From the NCBI GenBank assembly GCA_951406725.2, contig OX597832.1:13082001-13146000 (forward strand): a DNA stretch of 64,000 nt. The letters are read 5' to 3'. The translations under genes were made by a program, and so were the position numbers. Origin of the DNA: Octopus vulgaris (taxonomy: Eukaryota). This document shows, piece by piece, positions 13,010 through 26,359 of this stretch. The notes under the pieces are model-generated. The model ran no database searches, was not told where the DNA came from, and saw only the letters and a program-made list of their open reading frames with translations. Every line of letters starts with the position of its first letter. The first letter of the stretch is position 1.

Positions 13010-14493
13010 ATGAGAAAAGAATAGACTCACATCAGACACTGCAGGCTTTGTGAATTAAGAAATCACAGACACACGCGGGCGAGAACAAAGAAATAATAAT
13101 AATAAACGACTTTTTCAGCAATGGAAGCAGTGAGAAATATTCCTTTTATATTTGGAAATTAAGCTCTAAGTGCCCGGAAATGCCAATGACGATTTGGCTA
13201 GTTTCATTCGAATAATTTTTCTTTTGTTGTCTACCCGTTATCTGATGGCGTTTTGTCAATATTGAGCGTTCAAAAAATCGACACAATGGTTCAACTTGAG
13301 TTACACTTCGATCAAAAAGCATGTATGAACTAAGAAATGTGTCTATATTTCTTCAGTAGATCCCTCATCGTTTCATTGCTTCTTAGATTAGTAAAAAAAC
13401 TGCCCTATGCTCCATTTCCAAAGCAGAACTACATCCGTAAAATTTCTGTTCTGCGTTTGGTGGTATACGGAGAGTATCCTCTATCATGAAGTGTTACACA
13501 AAATCAAAGCATTTATTTTGAAGAGAGATGTATTGTCGTAAATTTGAAGCATTACGCAAAAATTAGGAGAAAATGCGCTCACAATTCGTCAATTGTGAAT
13601 GGGTGTTGGTCTTATGCGATAATGCTAGAAAACATGTTACCCAAATCCTTCGGGAAAAGACTACAGCTGTTAATAGGAAATTTTATTGTTATCCTCCTTA
13701 CAATTCAGACTACGATTCATCTCAAAATCGTCGTTTCAGATCATTGCAATTTTATTTATTAATTCTAATGTGGTTAAAAATGAATTGGAATGTTTCTTTG
13801 CTTCAAGATCTGAAGAATTTTACGGATCAACAATTAACTAAATTGATGGGATAATGTTATCAATATTGAGGGGAAATATTACCTTAACTAAATATGCGAA
13901 TAAGGACCAAAAAAGCATTTGTTTCTGTCGCATCTTGAACTACGATAGAGCTTTTAGAAAATTACTATTTTTAAAACTCACAACGTGAGATATTCAGCAC
14001 CAATACTTTGTAGTAAAGGTTGTTTTCCAACATAACATGACAGTCCTGGCTTAGGACTAATGTTGATGTAATTTAGCCCCAGGAGACATCATCTCCAGCT
14101 GGCTATACGACACGATCTGTGTCCTTATATTTTCGAACAAGGGAATCTAGCACCCCACTCAGCTCAAAACAATGTCTGTGTATCGCGATTTCTGGGTTAT
14201 TTCTCTTCATCAGGAACGGGAATTTGGCAGCGCCACCACTAACCGAACAATTATTCTGTGCTGATACAGGGTAATAACACAGAAATCGCGATACACAGAT
14301 ATTGTTTTGAGCTGAGTTGGGGTGCTAGATTCCCTTGTTAGAAAATATAAGGACACAGATCGTGTCGTATAGCCAGCTGGAGACGATGTCTCCTTGGGCT
14401 AAATTACAGCAACATTAGTCCTAAACCAGGACTGCCGTGATATATTGGCAAACAATCTTTACAACGATAGAGCTTTTGTTTTCCCAACCTAAT
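13010..14493 (+). pseudogene. Decayed mariner (DD34D) transposase and 3' end
   Basis: MRKE*THIRHC N-terminus, PKAELHP..CVWW, CDNARKH, YPPYNSDYDSS..RFRSLQ (cf. DNARPH, PPYSPDLAPSD.HLFRSLQ); TIR-like ccaacctaat near 14484-14493; foldback inserted near 3' end. Confidence 0.85.
14013..14462. mobile_element. Foldback element / MITE with about 190-bp inverted arms
   Basis: 14013-14201 is the near-perfect reverse complement of 14273-14462, with a spacer of about 70 bp. Confidence 0.9.
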
Positions 14494-15334
14494 TATATAT
14501 ATGTAATTACATAAATTATATAAGGTAATACATAACCACCCAAACAGCTGGTATTGTACATTTTACTATAAGACAACCCGTTAGCTACAAAGTCTACTCA
14601 ATTATTGCCCGACATTACAATTTCAAGCACGGAACACTTACGAAAGAGCAAAACAGCACTCATCGACGAAATAATACAACTCGTATAAAAAATAAACTAG
14701 ACAATCCGAGAAAACATTAAAATAAGTCCACGTGCAAGCAAAGAATATAAACAACGAAGTAAATCTGATGTTTTATGAAAACAAATTTGTAGATCCTCAA
14801 ATGGCAATGCTTACACACACCTCTGAAAAGCTCATTTAGTAATGCAGTAGAAACACGCATAAAACTGTAGGAAACATAGTGATAAATGGTAATATTAATG
14901 GCAAGACCTAATAAATTGTCAGTGGATTAGATTCATAAATCTGTCACCCACTAATAATGTTGAATATTAATGCATAAATGTATCGATTTTAAGGATTTAT
15001 TATGGAGATATATTGTTCGCTATTGTTTAGTAATTTTTTAGTGTTCTGAATAGGAACTAGATATTTTGATCGATTTCTTCGTGTAGATGTGTATTCAGGT
15101 GAACCTATTGAAGAACTAGTTGCACGCGCGCACACATAGGTAGCAAAACATGCAATCTAACACACACACATACACACACACACACACATGCAAACATTCA
15201 TACAAGACAAACAAACAAACAAAACGTCGTGAAAGATCAAATTATTGATCAAGGTTATAATGTAGAACAAAAGAAAAAATATTCTTCGTGTGTAAAGTTT
15301 TCTAGAAATATATATATGAATATACACACACACC

Positions 15335-15406
15335 TATCAATCTCTCTCTGTCTATCTGTCTGTGTGTCTCTCTCTCCCACTCTCTCTCTCTTTCTCTCAC
15401 TCTGTC

Positions 15407-15480
<74 letters not shown>

Positions 15481-15722
15481 TGTATATACATATATATATG
15501 TATATATATATATATATATATACATACATATATATATATGTATGTATATATATATACATATATATAAACAAGTATATATATATATGAATACATTTCTTCA
15601 GGCATACATACAACTGCATAGTGATACACATTTACATACACACGTATGTTTGTGTATATGGAGAAGAATCGATAGCAAAAATGAGCGTAAATTACATAAT
15701 TTTCATATGTATACAAGTAGAC

Positions 15723-15796
<74 letters not shown>

Positions 15797-15880
15797 ACAC
15801 GCACACACACACACACACACACACGCACACACACATACACACGAACACACACACACGAACACGCAAGCACACACACACAA
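15335..15880. repeat. (TC)n, (TA)n and (CA)n microsatellite cluster
   Basis: Directly visible. Confidence 0.95.
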
Positions 15881-16457
15881 AGACACAAACCCATTAGTTT
15901 ATAAATAAACAGCAGAAAAGAAACACTACTTACAATCACACAAGCGTGTATTTCATAAAAAAAAATGTATATTTTTATGATTGCAAGATTTATTGTTTCA
16001 TTCATGATGTAATTGATGCAGGTCAATAAGTGTGTTTCGTTTAACTGCATACGTATATTTAAATATATATTAGAAGAAATAAGGTACTCAGAAATCTGGA
16101 TGGTTTTATATTTACAGATATTTATTAATACGTCACATGTTTTTATAAATTATATATATAGCGCTTGCGTCCACTCTAGTGGAGTCTTCAGAGTGAACTT
16201 TTTCAGGAAATGTGTCTCTTTTTATAGTATTATTGAGTGTGTAGGGGTGGAGAGAGATATAAGATAGTACAAGAGGGTGAGGAATGGGGAGAAAGTGGTA
16301 GAGAGTGCGTGTGTGTGAGTGTGTCTGTGTGTGCTTTTGTATCTGAAAGGAGTCACTGGAAAAGAGAAGGAAAGGAAGAGTGAAGAGAGAAAGAAGAAAA
16401 AATGTGCTGACATATTTGAGCTGGTGAGTTCTTTGAATAGGAAGTGATTCTTGGCTT

Positions 16458-16531
<74 letters not shown>

Positions 16532-16599
16532 TATACATATGGAGTTATGCTATATTCTGTTAAGAACGTAGTGAAGTACAGTATAAAGCTAGATCTACC

Positions 16600-17070
16600 C
16601 TGTTCCAGGTTTGCGGTTGGGCATTTGTCGTGTGTGAATAGATAATTGAAAAAATTGGAGTCAAATCAGAAGGAGTACGGTTGCGCATTTATGTTCTAAT
16701 CACTACAATTGTTTCCAGTCAACCTATTTCTCCAGGTGTGCAGGTACTTGATTATGCAAATGTTTCCCTGCATTATGAGATCTAGTTGTGTTTCCTCAGG
16801 TGATATATGAATATTGTGTCCGTAAGTTTAAAATGTTCAGCTTCTAGAAAATCGTGGCATGAATTTAGTAGTAGTTTCTGAGCTTAACAGGGTGTGCGTT
16901 TGTTGAAGGGCCGTTGGCAAACTGCTTTGAATATGTAGTTGATTCTGGTACTGTTGGTACAAGTGGTTGCCGTTTTAAATGAATTGGTATTTTATTTCTT
17001 TGTAATGCTGAATTGTTCTTCATTGTTGCTTACATATACGATTGTTCTCAGCCGGCTTTTAAGATTCAAC
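16600..17070 (-). mobile_element. Probable decayed Penelope-like endonuclease region
   Basis: GNICIIKYL..GEIG*LET..EHKCAT across frameshifts, resembling GIY-YIG / GETGR.L..R..EH. Confidence 0.4.
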
Positions 17071-17162
17071 GTTCACCCACATACATACATACATTCGCAC
17101 ACACATGCATATATACATACATAATACATACATACATGCATACATATATATATGCATACACG

Positions 17163-17242
<80 letters not shown>

Positions 17243-17509
17243 CATACATATATACACACATGCTCACATGTAAGGATATGCGCGCGCATTCACATACATA
17301 CACATATATAGACACAGTTACACTCGCACGCATATATATATATATATATACATATATTTACTTATGTAGATTCATACATTCATGCATTGTAAATACGCGG
17401 ACAGGCGCGCATGCGTGTATATACAGAGAGAAATGTATCCCGACACACGCACACATGGATAGGGAAGAATAGAAGAGGAAGAGATTTCACTGAATTATTA
17501 TTAATATTT

Positions 17510-18360
17510 CACAGAGCTGAATCGTGAAAATGCATATTTGGCGCGCTGGGGACATCTCGGTATTTTCTCAGCACTTGCGTTTACCAAATTTTCGTAACTT
17601 AAGAGGATGCACAAGACTTCCTCAAGGCACAGGTCACATACGTCGGATAGTGTATTTTATGTTTTTTTTTTTCTTTTTCCCCATTCGATTTGGTATTTTG
17701 AATTTCCTTCCTTTAATCTCTATTTAGGGGCCGCAGTGATGTTGCGTGTCGCCAGGTTATCTTTCGGCATGAGATGATATGGTTGCGATAACGGACCTTA
17801 ACTTGGCTTTCGGAGGCTCCTATGTATACGTTTTTGTGTTATGGTGTGGTGATTGTGCATTTGCATATGATGTTTTTTTGCATACATTGGTTCCTGTGCG
17901 GACATGGAGATTTCCTGTGACAGCTGCAATTATTTACACTATTATTATTTTTGTAATTATCAGGTTCTCTTTTTATTTTTGTGGTTTTCCGGTTGATTAG
18001 CAGTTTCTGAAGTGATGTTGATGTTATAACATCTTTTGTTCATTCTTTTTTGTGTTTTTGTTTGAATCCTATTATAACTGTCGGTTTCGCGATCTACGTT
18101 TTCTTTTTATTTCATTGTGTTAATTTTTTGTTATTGTTCCTATACCCTGTGTTGATTTGATCTGTTTGTTCCTTGTCTCTGGTCGTTGTTTGTATGTATG
18201 TATTTTCATTGTTGTATTTGTGCATGTAGTACTCCATGTTGTCGCATGTATTGTACGATACTTTCCCTATGTGCTTGTTGAAGATACAATGCTATGTATG
18301 TGCTTTCGGGAAGAACCTATCAAACTCTGCAAAGAATTGTTTACCTGTCATTTATGATGT
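17510..18360 (-). mobile_element. Penelope-like element: linker plus GIY-YIG endonuclease, decayed
   Basis: TGKQFFAEFDRFFPKAH..IFNKHIGKVSY..NM then CSCHRKSPCP..C.QKNIICKC..VYIGASESQVKVRYRNH..CDLCLEE..LVN..E..RC. Confidence 0.85.
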
Positions 18361-20339
18361 ATCATCGATATAACTGTCCAACTGTTCACACACACATACA
18401 CACACACACACGCACGCACGCGTGCACACACACTCATAAACGAATAAATTCACACAAAGACAATTACCTAACAACGAAAATTTAGGTGGAATAGCAATTT
18501 TTCTATAGAACTACACCGTTCAGCTTGATACCTATTCTAAGTGATGCTTTGTAGCCATCTATGAATACACTTATCAAACTCTCGTTGAAAATTTTTGGGT
18601 TGTCTGTACTTTAACAATTTCATATTAGCCGTGTTCACCTAATTTCTCACATGAAATTGTGTACTGCCTATCGCTGTCTCCTAAACATCTTATATCAAAG
18701 AGAAGAGGAGAAACACCATCTATGGGCAGGGTTTCTGGATAAGAAATACGCGCTCGTATTTCATCCATTTTCCCCAGATCCCCCAAAGTATTTCTTCTTT
18801 AGCTTCAAACACTTTCAGCATCTCAGAGTGGAATATTATTATCTACTCTCTTAAAATTAAGGGCCAATTGCCGAACGAACCTTTTTGCACACACCCTCCC
18901 TTAACTAAAATCTTCCACTATAGCACATTATACCCATAGACCATCTATGTGGTAACCTGAAGGATGGCGATTCGCCTCCCTCGCGAATCAATTTCTCCAT
19001 TCGCTGTCCTTTCATGCCAAAGAACGCAGTGTCATTTGACTTCTAAGATCTTTTCCCCGTACGTAAACTTCGTCATTGATCTGTGCGCATTGAGTTTGCT
19101 AGCGGTGTGAACTCCCTAAATAACCTGTAGCCTTTAGTAGACCTGTATGATTACGGACCCTACGGTGGCTTTCTGCTTCTTCTTGGGCCCATTATTTGCT
19201 TGTAATGAAAAGAATAGGAAGTAAATATAACATAAAAGAAGACTGTATTACCGCGTGTAATTTAAACCGTCCACATTACAATACTTTCGGTATATATCGT
19301 ATAACTATTGTAGAAGATGTGTAGTCGATTCATTTGTAGTTTTTATCTATTTATGACTGTTGTCCACTCTAATGCCTCTCATAACGTCCTTAATACAAAG
19401 TCAGTTCTCGGGTCTCGAGATCATATTCATTTCTGATTCGATGTCGGCTGCACTCGCCATTAGACTTACTTTCTATCAAAGAGAAATCGTTTTGATAAGT
19501 GAGAAATGTATCTTGTATGGTATATATATCTTTATTAGTCTTTGTGTTTTTCAAAGTTTGCTACATCCTCTTTGAGAGTGCGTAGCATAATGACAACATA
19601 ATTAACAGGGAATACCAACACGATTATAACAAATAGTTGCCAGAGTGATTTTAAGTCGTAAACCAAGATATTTCAATCACTGAATGCCTCTGTTGTGATG
19701 GGAAGGTGAAACTAAGGGCTTAATGACTTATTTTAATCGAATCTGTTGCAGATAAATGGACATCATCTACGAAGTTTTAATAAATTAAAAGTACAATTAA
19801 TCATGCAAGGAGGCGATGAATACATTATTTCTAGAACAAATGTTAATTTAATATTAAATTAACCTTAGTCATTGAGCATATGATCTCTTCTCTTCATTGC
19901 AACATTGATAATTTATTGAACAATTATGCTGACTACAATCTGTTAGCACATTGTCAACTCTTGTGTTGCACAGTAACTATAATGTCTAATTTTAATTCCG
20001 TTACATCAAGCGGAGCAATGTGTAATAAGATCTATCATATGTTAACTTTAAATGCAAATTTATCGTAATGCTAAGCAATTTATTATAGTATCTGCGATCG
20101 TGGATGAGACGAAAAAGGAAATCGTATCGGCTGCTATAAGCTTACGTTTATCTTTCTTCTTTTTTTGATTTAAAAAAAAAAACCCTTGTTTCAAGAAGAT
20201 ATCCGATTTACCCTAAACTGTACCTTGGTACGTTTTTTTAGGTGAGAAATATCTCTACCATCAAGAGCAATTTAAATAGACTATTCATTTAATGAAAAAA
20301 TAAAGCCCACATTTCCTTCCTTTCTGTATATATATACTT

Positions 20340-20720
20340 TGGCATTGAAAGCTACGCCAATGCCAGAACGGGACGACACTGCGTAGTGCCAAAGATCCCA
20401 GCAATGCCATCACGCTTCAGAACCAGCTACTGCAACAGTCTGGGTTTCAAGGGCCCACAGCTTTTCAATATTCTCCCAAAGAGTCTGAGGAACTTGCACA
20501 AAGTAGATGTAGGGGTTTTTAAATCAAAGCTTGACCCCTTCCTGTCGAGAGTCTCAGATGAACCTACCTCACGGCAAGAGGTGCAAATCAGGGTAGCTGT
20601 ATCAAACTCCATCCTTCACCAAGTGCCACATATTAGAGGAGGCTCTTAGTAATAACGGTGTAGCACAAAACGGCGGTGCATCAACATGGCCACAGCTCTG
20701 AGCTGAAACTAGAAAAAAGA
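20340..20720 (+). mobile_element. CR1-group LINE 3' end (5'-truncated)
   Basis: ORF 20386-20649 GPQLFNILPKSLRN..VFKSKLDPFLSRVSDEP is a typical CR1-group ORF2 C-terminus; 3' UTR ggcggtgcatcaacatggccacag. Confidence 0.82.
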
Positions 20721-20766
20721 ATATATTGTATATCGTATCACTATAAATTATATATCATTCAAGTAG

Positions 20767-21070
20767 TTGATTTTTTTGTTTGATCCTTCTAGAGCCACCC
20801 CTGGCTCATTAGGGCCGGTTTCCCGGCTTCCTTGGTGCATAGGTTCCCCAACTGGACGGAACGCCGGTCCGTCGCAGGTGAGCTGCAAGAGGAAAGAATG
20901 AGAGAAAGTTGTGGCGAAAAAGTCAGCAGAAGTTCGCCATTACTTTCTGCCGAATCGCGTAAAGCTTAGGTGTTTCGCTCATAAACACACACATCGCCCG
21001 GTCTGAGATAGGAACCCGTGATCCATCGACCGCGAGTCCGCTGCTCTAACCACTAGGCCATGTGCCTCCA
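20767..21070 (-). mobile_element. SINE family A, tail type iii
   Basis: Family A-like head; imperfect TSD atcattcaRgtagt on both sides; homologous to 53684-53989. Confidence 0.88.
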
Positions 21071-21399
21071 TCATTCAGGTAGTAATGTCAATTAATTCAC
21101 TAACCGAAGTTTCACTGCCTTTTGAACTTCTGCTCTAATCTGATTCGATCCTAGAACTTGCAGTGAGAAGTTAAAGTGTAACACAGAGAGTATTCATATA
21201 AATATTTTGTTCCAGAGCTTTCGATACTTGTAGCAGTATTAGCCACAAACAGATATCCCATCGGCAAGAACTGTATTTCGAATCTTCTTATCTAATGTGA
21301 TGACGTCCAGCTGGATGCTGAGTTTTAAGTAGCCAAAGGACTTACATTGGTTCAATCGAGAATTCTTTCTTTCAGATTTTGTCCTAATCATTTTAGTCA

Positions 21400-21665
21400 T
21401 TATTATGTCAATAATTGACAGCAGTACTTATTTATTTTAAGGCAGCTACTCATTCTATCATGTCCTTTGGCCGAACAGCCGTAAACACTGGTTGTGAAGA
21501 GGTGGTGGGGGACAAACACAGACAGAAAGACACACACATACACAAACAGACACATACAATCACACAAACACACACACACGCGCATATATGACGGGCTTCT
21601 TTCAGTTTCCGTCTGCCAAATCTACTTACAAGTCTTTGATCGTCCCGGGTTTACAGTAGGAGATA
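21400..21665 (-). mobile_element. Diverged SINE family D fragment
   Basis: gacgggcttctttcagtttccgtctgccaaatc block. Confidence 0.7.
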
Positions 21666-21752
21666 AAAGAAGATTACATCTCATATTCTGGTATCGAATG
21701 ACATAAACTGTTGCCATGAGTTCGAAGCTAGAGCATACATATATATACATGT

Positions 21753-22060
21753 GGTCACGTGATCACGTGACCGACCAGACCATCATATGTTGTTACACAT
21801 CGTTGGTCACAATGCGTTCGCATTGTTTTAGCCTTTGAATGACGCCACCCCGCTGGCTAATCGAGCAGGCCAACAGAAGAAAGAGTGGGAGAAAGAGTGG
21901 TGAAAGAGTACAGCAGGGATCACCACCCCCTGCAGGAGCTTCGTGGAGCTTTTAGGTGTTTTCGCTCAATAAACACACACAACGCTCGGTCTGGGAATCG
22001 AAACCGCGATCCTCCGACCGCGAGTCAGCTGCCCTAACCACTGGGCCATTGCGCCTCCAC
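21753..22060 (-). mobile_element. SINE family A, tail type ii
   Basis: 12-bp TSD atatatacatgt at 21741-21752 and 22061-22072; homologous to 46073-46378. Confidence 0.92.
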
Positions 22061-22348
22061 ATATATACATGTACCAGTTTGTAATTATGCACAACTATAC
22101 ATAGAAACTCGTATCAGTTTATAATTTTACTTATGTAGACACACTATATATACTTACACAAACCCAGTCACATCGTCATACACACGCACACAGATGCTTA
22201 ATTGGATGTACATCCACACCCACATACATAAGGAATACATACTCAAGTATGAAGATGCATAAAAGTGAGCTTTCTATAAATTCAAATTAAAAAATAACTA
22301 GTTCATCATGTTTATGAATCTTTTAGCTTGCCTGTATATGTCTTTGAA

Positions 22349-22425
22349 ATTTTAGCTGAGGATGGAGAAAATATGCTACGATGTTGCGCATCAGTAAAAT
22401 GGTACTGAAACAGCTGTAGTAAATT
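22349..22425 (+). ncRNA. Minimal type I hammerhead ribozyme motif (Penelope-associated type)
   Basis: CTGAGGA 22356-22362, GAAA 22407-22410, palindromic CAGCTG stem/loop III, GUA cleavage triplet 22416-22418, partial stem I ttta/taaa. Confidence 0.55.
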
Positions 22426-22434
22426 TTAAACCTC

Positions 22435-23269
22435 ACTGGTACTTACTTCCCAACCATATGGTTCAGGGGTCAGTCTCACTGCATGGCACTTTGGGCAAAT
22501 GTCTCCTACAATAGCATCGGGTTAACCAGAGCCTCATGAGTGGATTTTGTTGACGGAAACTGAAAGAAGCCCTTTCTGTATATCTTCCTCTCTCTCACTC
22601 TGCACTCTCTCTCTCCCCCTCTAAATTCTTCATGGTTTCCTCGCAGCCATTCCCCTTCTTCTCTCCCTTTCTCTTGCTCCTCCTCCCCCCTTCCCGTCGT
22701 TCACCCGCGACGTGACTTCCGCTGCTGTCTCTCTGGCCTGGCCCTCTCAAGGTAATGGATGACATTCTTTTTGCTCCGCTCGTCGTTCATAAAAAATTCC
22801 GCGTTCGCAATACTTTTTTTCGTTCGGCGTTAACAGCCCTTCTTATCTTGTTTTTCCTTGTCCTGTCTTTTACTGTTTATAATTTGTACTGTCGTTACTG
22901 TCCTGTTTTTGTTACCATTTTTTACCCCTCTGCGAAAAGATCTCAGAATTTTAATTGATTTGCTTTTCGCAGGAAGGAAAGTTTCTTGTCGAAGATACGT
23001 CTCGCTTTTATCCTTCGAAACGTAGAGTAGATGAAACCATAGCGACTGAAGAAGGGTTTTTTCTTTGTGTTAATTGTCCTGTACTCTATTTGTTTTTTGC
23101 TGTTTTAAAAAAATGTCCAGTTCCTTTGGTTTGTGTCTATGTTTTCGTTTCTCATTGTGTTCGACGTCATTTTGGTGTCCTGTACTCATATATGCGTGTA
23201 TATGTACATGTAGAGGTAGGTACGTACATATATGTTTATATATATGCATATGTTTTATTTTATTTATTA

Positions 23270-23301
<32 letters not shown>

Positions 23302-23386
23302 GTATGTATATATATATATATATACATACATACTTACAAACACACACATGTGTGTTTGTGTGTATATATATATACCTGCATACATA

Positions 23387-23434
<48 letters not shown>

Positions 23435-23722
23435 CATGCATACATACATATATATATATACACAAACATATATATATATATATTTATATGTATGTATATA
23501 TCTATGAGCGTGTATCTTTGTGTCTGTATCTATCCCCCACCAATGCTTGACAAGCGGTGTTGTTGGTATTTTTACGTCCCCGTAAATTAGCGGTTCGGCG
23601 AAAGATATCAACAGAAAAAATACTAAGCTTTAAATAATGTACCCTGAGGTCAATTTCTTCGACTAAGCCCTTTAAGGTGGAACCCCAGCATGACCACAGG
23701 CAAATAACTGAAACAAGTAAAA
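22435..23722 (+). mobile_element. Old SINE family D split by a nested insertion
   Basis: 5' half about 22435-22580, 3' half about 23520-23722. Confidence 0.7.
22620..23250 (+). mobile_element. Dispersed repeat family E (about 600 bp), copy 1
   Basis: Clearly homologous to 33845-34478 (ccttgtcctgtcttttactgt, ttttcgtttctcattgtgttcgacgt); ends in a TA-rich microsatellite. Confidence 0.8.
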
Positions 23723-23761
23723 TAAATATATAGAAATTATAAAAATAATTTTAAATAACTC

Positions 23762-23843
23762 TTTCTACTTCGCTGATTTTCACTTATCGTGGCGGTGGGG
23801 TAGGTTTGGAACGTACAATAAGCTATAGTCGTAGGATTACTGT
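23762..23843 (-). mobile_element. pogo/Tigger-like transposon end
   Basis: Reverse-complement homolog of 11544-11630 ending ..ggattactg followed by TA. Confidence 0.6.
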
Positions 23844-23854
23844 ATATTACGTGT

Positions 23855-23951
<97 letters not shown>

Positions 23952-23963
23952 ATATATATATAT

Positions 23964-24185
23964 ATATTGTTATATTTGAATGGTCATTTTGCCAGTTTAG
24001 CCAATAAAAACACACGCACTATATATTTGGTGTTATTTTGCTTCAGTGACATTTTTTTTTTTACATTAATCTTAATCTTAATGTAAAAAAATAAATAACA
24101 CTGAAGCAAAATAACACCAAATATATAGTGCGTGTTTTTTTATTGGCTAAACTGGCAAAATGACCATTCCGAAATATAACAATAT
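23964..24185. repeat. Near-perfect palindrome of about 220 bp next to (TA)n
   Basis: gaatggtcattttgccagtttagccaataaaaa..cttcagtg mirrored by cactgaag..tattggctaaactggcaaaatgaccattc. Confidence 0.92.
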
Positions 24186-24829
24186 CTGTTTCAACACACG
24201 ACTTCACATAAAAAATCTTGCACAACAAATATTTTAACGTATATATATATATATATACACACACACATACACATACATATTCCCACACATGTGTGCTGGC
24301 GAGTTTGTGTGTGCATGATTTGTGTGTGCTTGTGTGAGTGTGTGAGTGTATGTGTGAGAGAGAGAGACCGAGTAGAGGGAGATTGTATGTTTACATATAT
24401 TTTTGTTATGTATATAATTATTCATTCGCTAGCAGCGTAACCGACGTTCACATGTCTTTCGAATCGCATAATACAATTCACGTGTATGTGTGTGTCTGTC
24501 TCTCTCTCTCATACACACACACATGCACTCACACGCACATACGCACACACTCACACACATGTACACACAAACACACATACACACATACACACACTCTGTC
24601 TCTCTCTTTCACACACACTCCTGTATACATTTGCGTAAGAAATCACACGCTTCATTACAGATTTTCATAGCAATAGTTAATTTCCAAGAAATATTCTCAA
24701 TCATCTCCTATTATTAACGTCTGTACCTTTGAGCAGACATTAATGAATTTGTTTTTTGCTCTTTTTTGAAACTTAACAAATTAACTTATAAAAAAATTGC
24801 TTTTCCATGAACTATAATAGAAACGTGTT

Positions 24830-25230
24830 ATTGAGGATGAAGCCCTCACGTCACTTGAAACAGAATTAAAAAATCTGACCATGAGCTTTCTTGATGTTTG
24901 CTTTGACGTCTCATTTTCTAGTAGTTTCTTCTTCTGCGTCCTTGAACTATAAATGTACCTCTATAAGTAGATGTCTTTAGACGGATTGACAGCTGGTTCT
25001 TGGAAACCTTCTGTTAGAATCAAATATTTTATTTGTGTAAGTAGGTGTTTTTCAATATTGCTGTTAATAGAGGTATTAAAGATTTTGTGACAGCGTGGTT
25101 TAGTGTAATAAAGTTAAATCTGCGTTCACTTGACGGTAAAAGACGTACATTTACAGAAATAAGATAGATACGACATTTATCTTGATCCAGGTTTCTAATA
25201 AACACCATCATATTCATTTTGATCTTCTAT
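24830..25230 (-). mobile_element. Possible Penelope-like RT thumb remnant
   Basis: GVY*KP...YLSYFC resembles VYRKPT..YL...S.HP; very degenerate. Confidence 0.35.
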
Positions 25231-25848
25231 ATTTGTGCATTCGATTATAAGAGTTTTTCCTTCACTATGTATCTAGTCCTTAAAGGTATCTAGTTTATGT
25301 ATCTAGTTCCAAAATTGAGAGAAAATGTAAAGAATGCAAACGAATCGATGACAAATTTTGACATCACAAAAATTTGCAGCCACCACTTAAACAAAGCTCA
25401 TTTCCTTATGTATTTTAAAACGTTCTCTCCATTTTTATGCATTGCATGCCTTTGTAATTTCTAGAATTTCAAAGGTTGACAACAAGAGAAAGTGGGCAGA
25501 TAAAAATATTAATGTGACTACTCCATTTGAACTTTATGTCTCCGTCTAAATTCCTTATATTAATAGAAAGACTGGTGTTTTTTTAAGGGAGATTTCGCTG
25601 CAACTTCTACATGTCGACACGTTTTCCATGCGTGAAAGCGAATAATATTGTCCTTGTGTTTGTGGGCGTTCGCTTTGCAGATTTTGAATACTAGAAAAAT
25701 AGAGATATTATACTTTTAAAACATTTCACAATCACATACTTATTTTTATATGTACATATACATAGGTATCCGTATCTCTGTACGTGAGATTATATACATA
25801 CGTCTGTATATAAATATATGTATGTGTGTGTGTGTGGGTGTCTGTATA

Positions 25849-26359
<511 letters not shown>

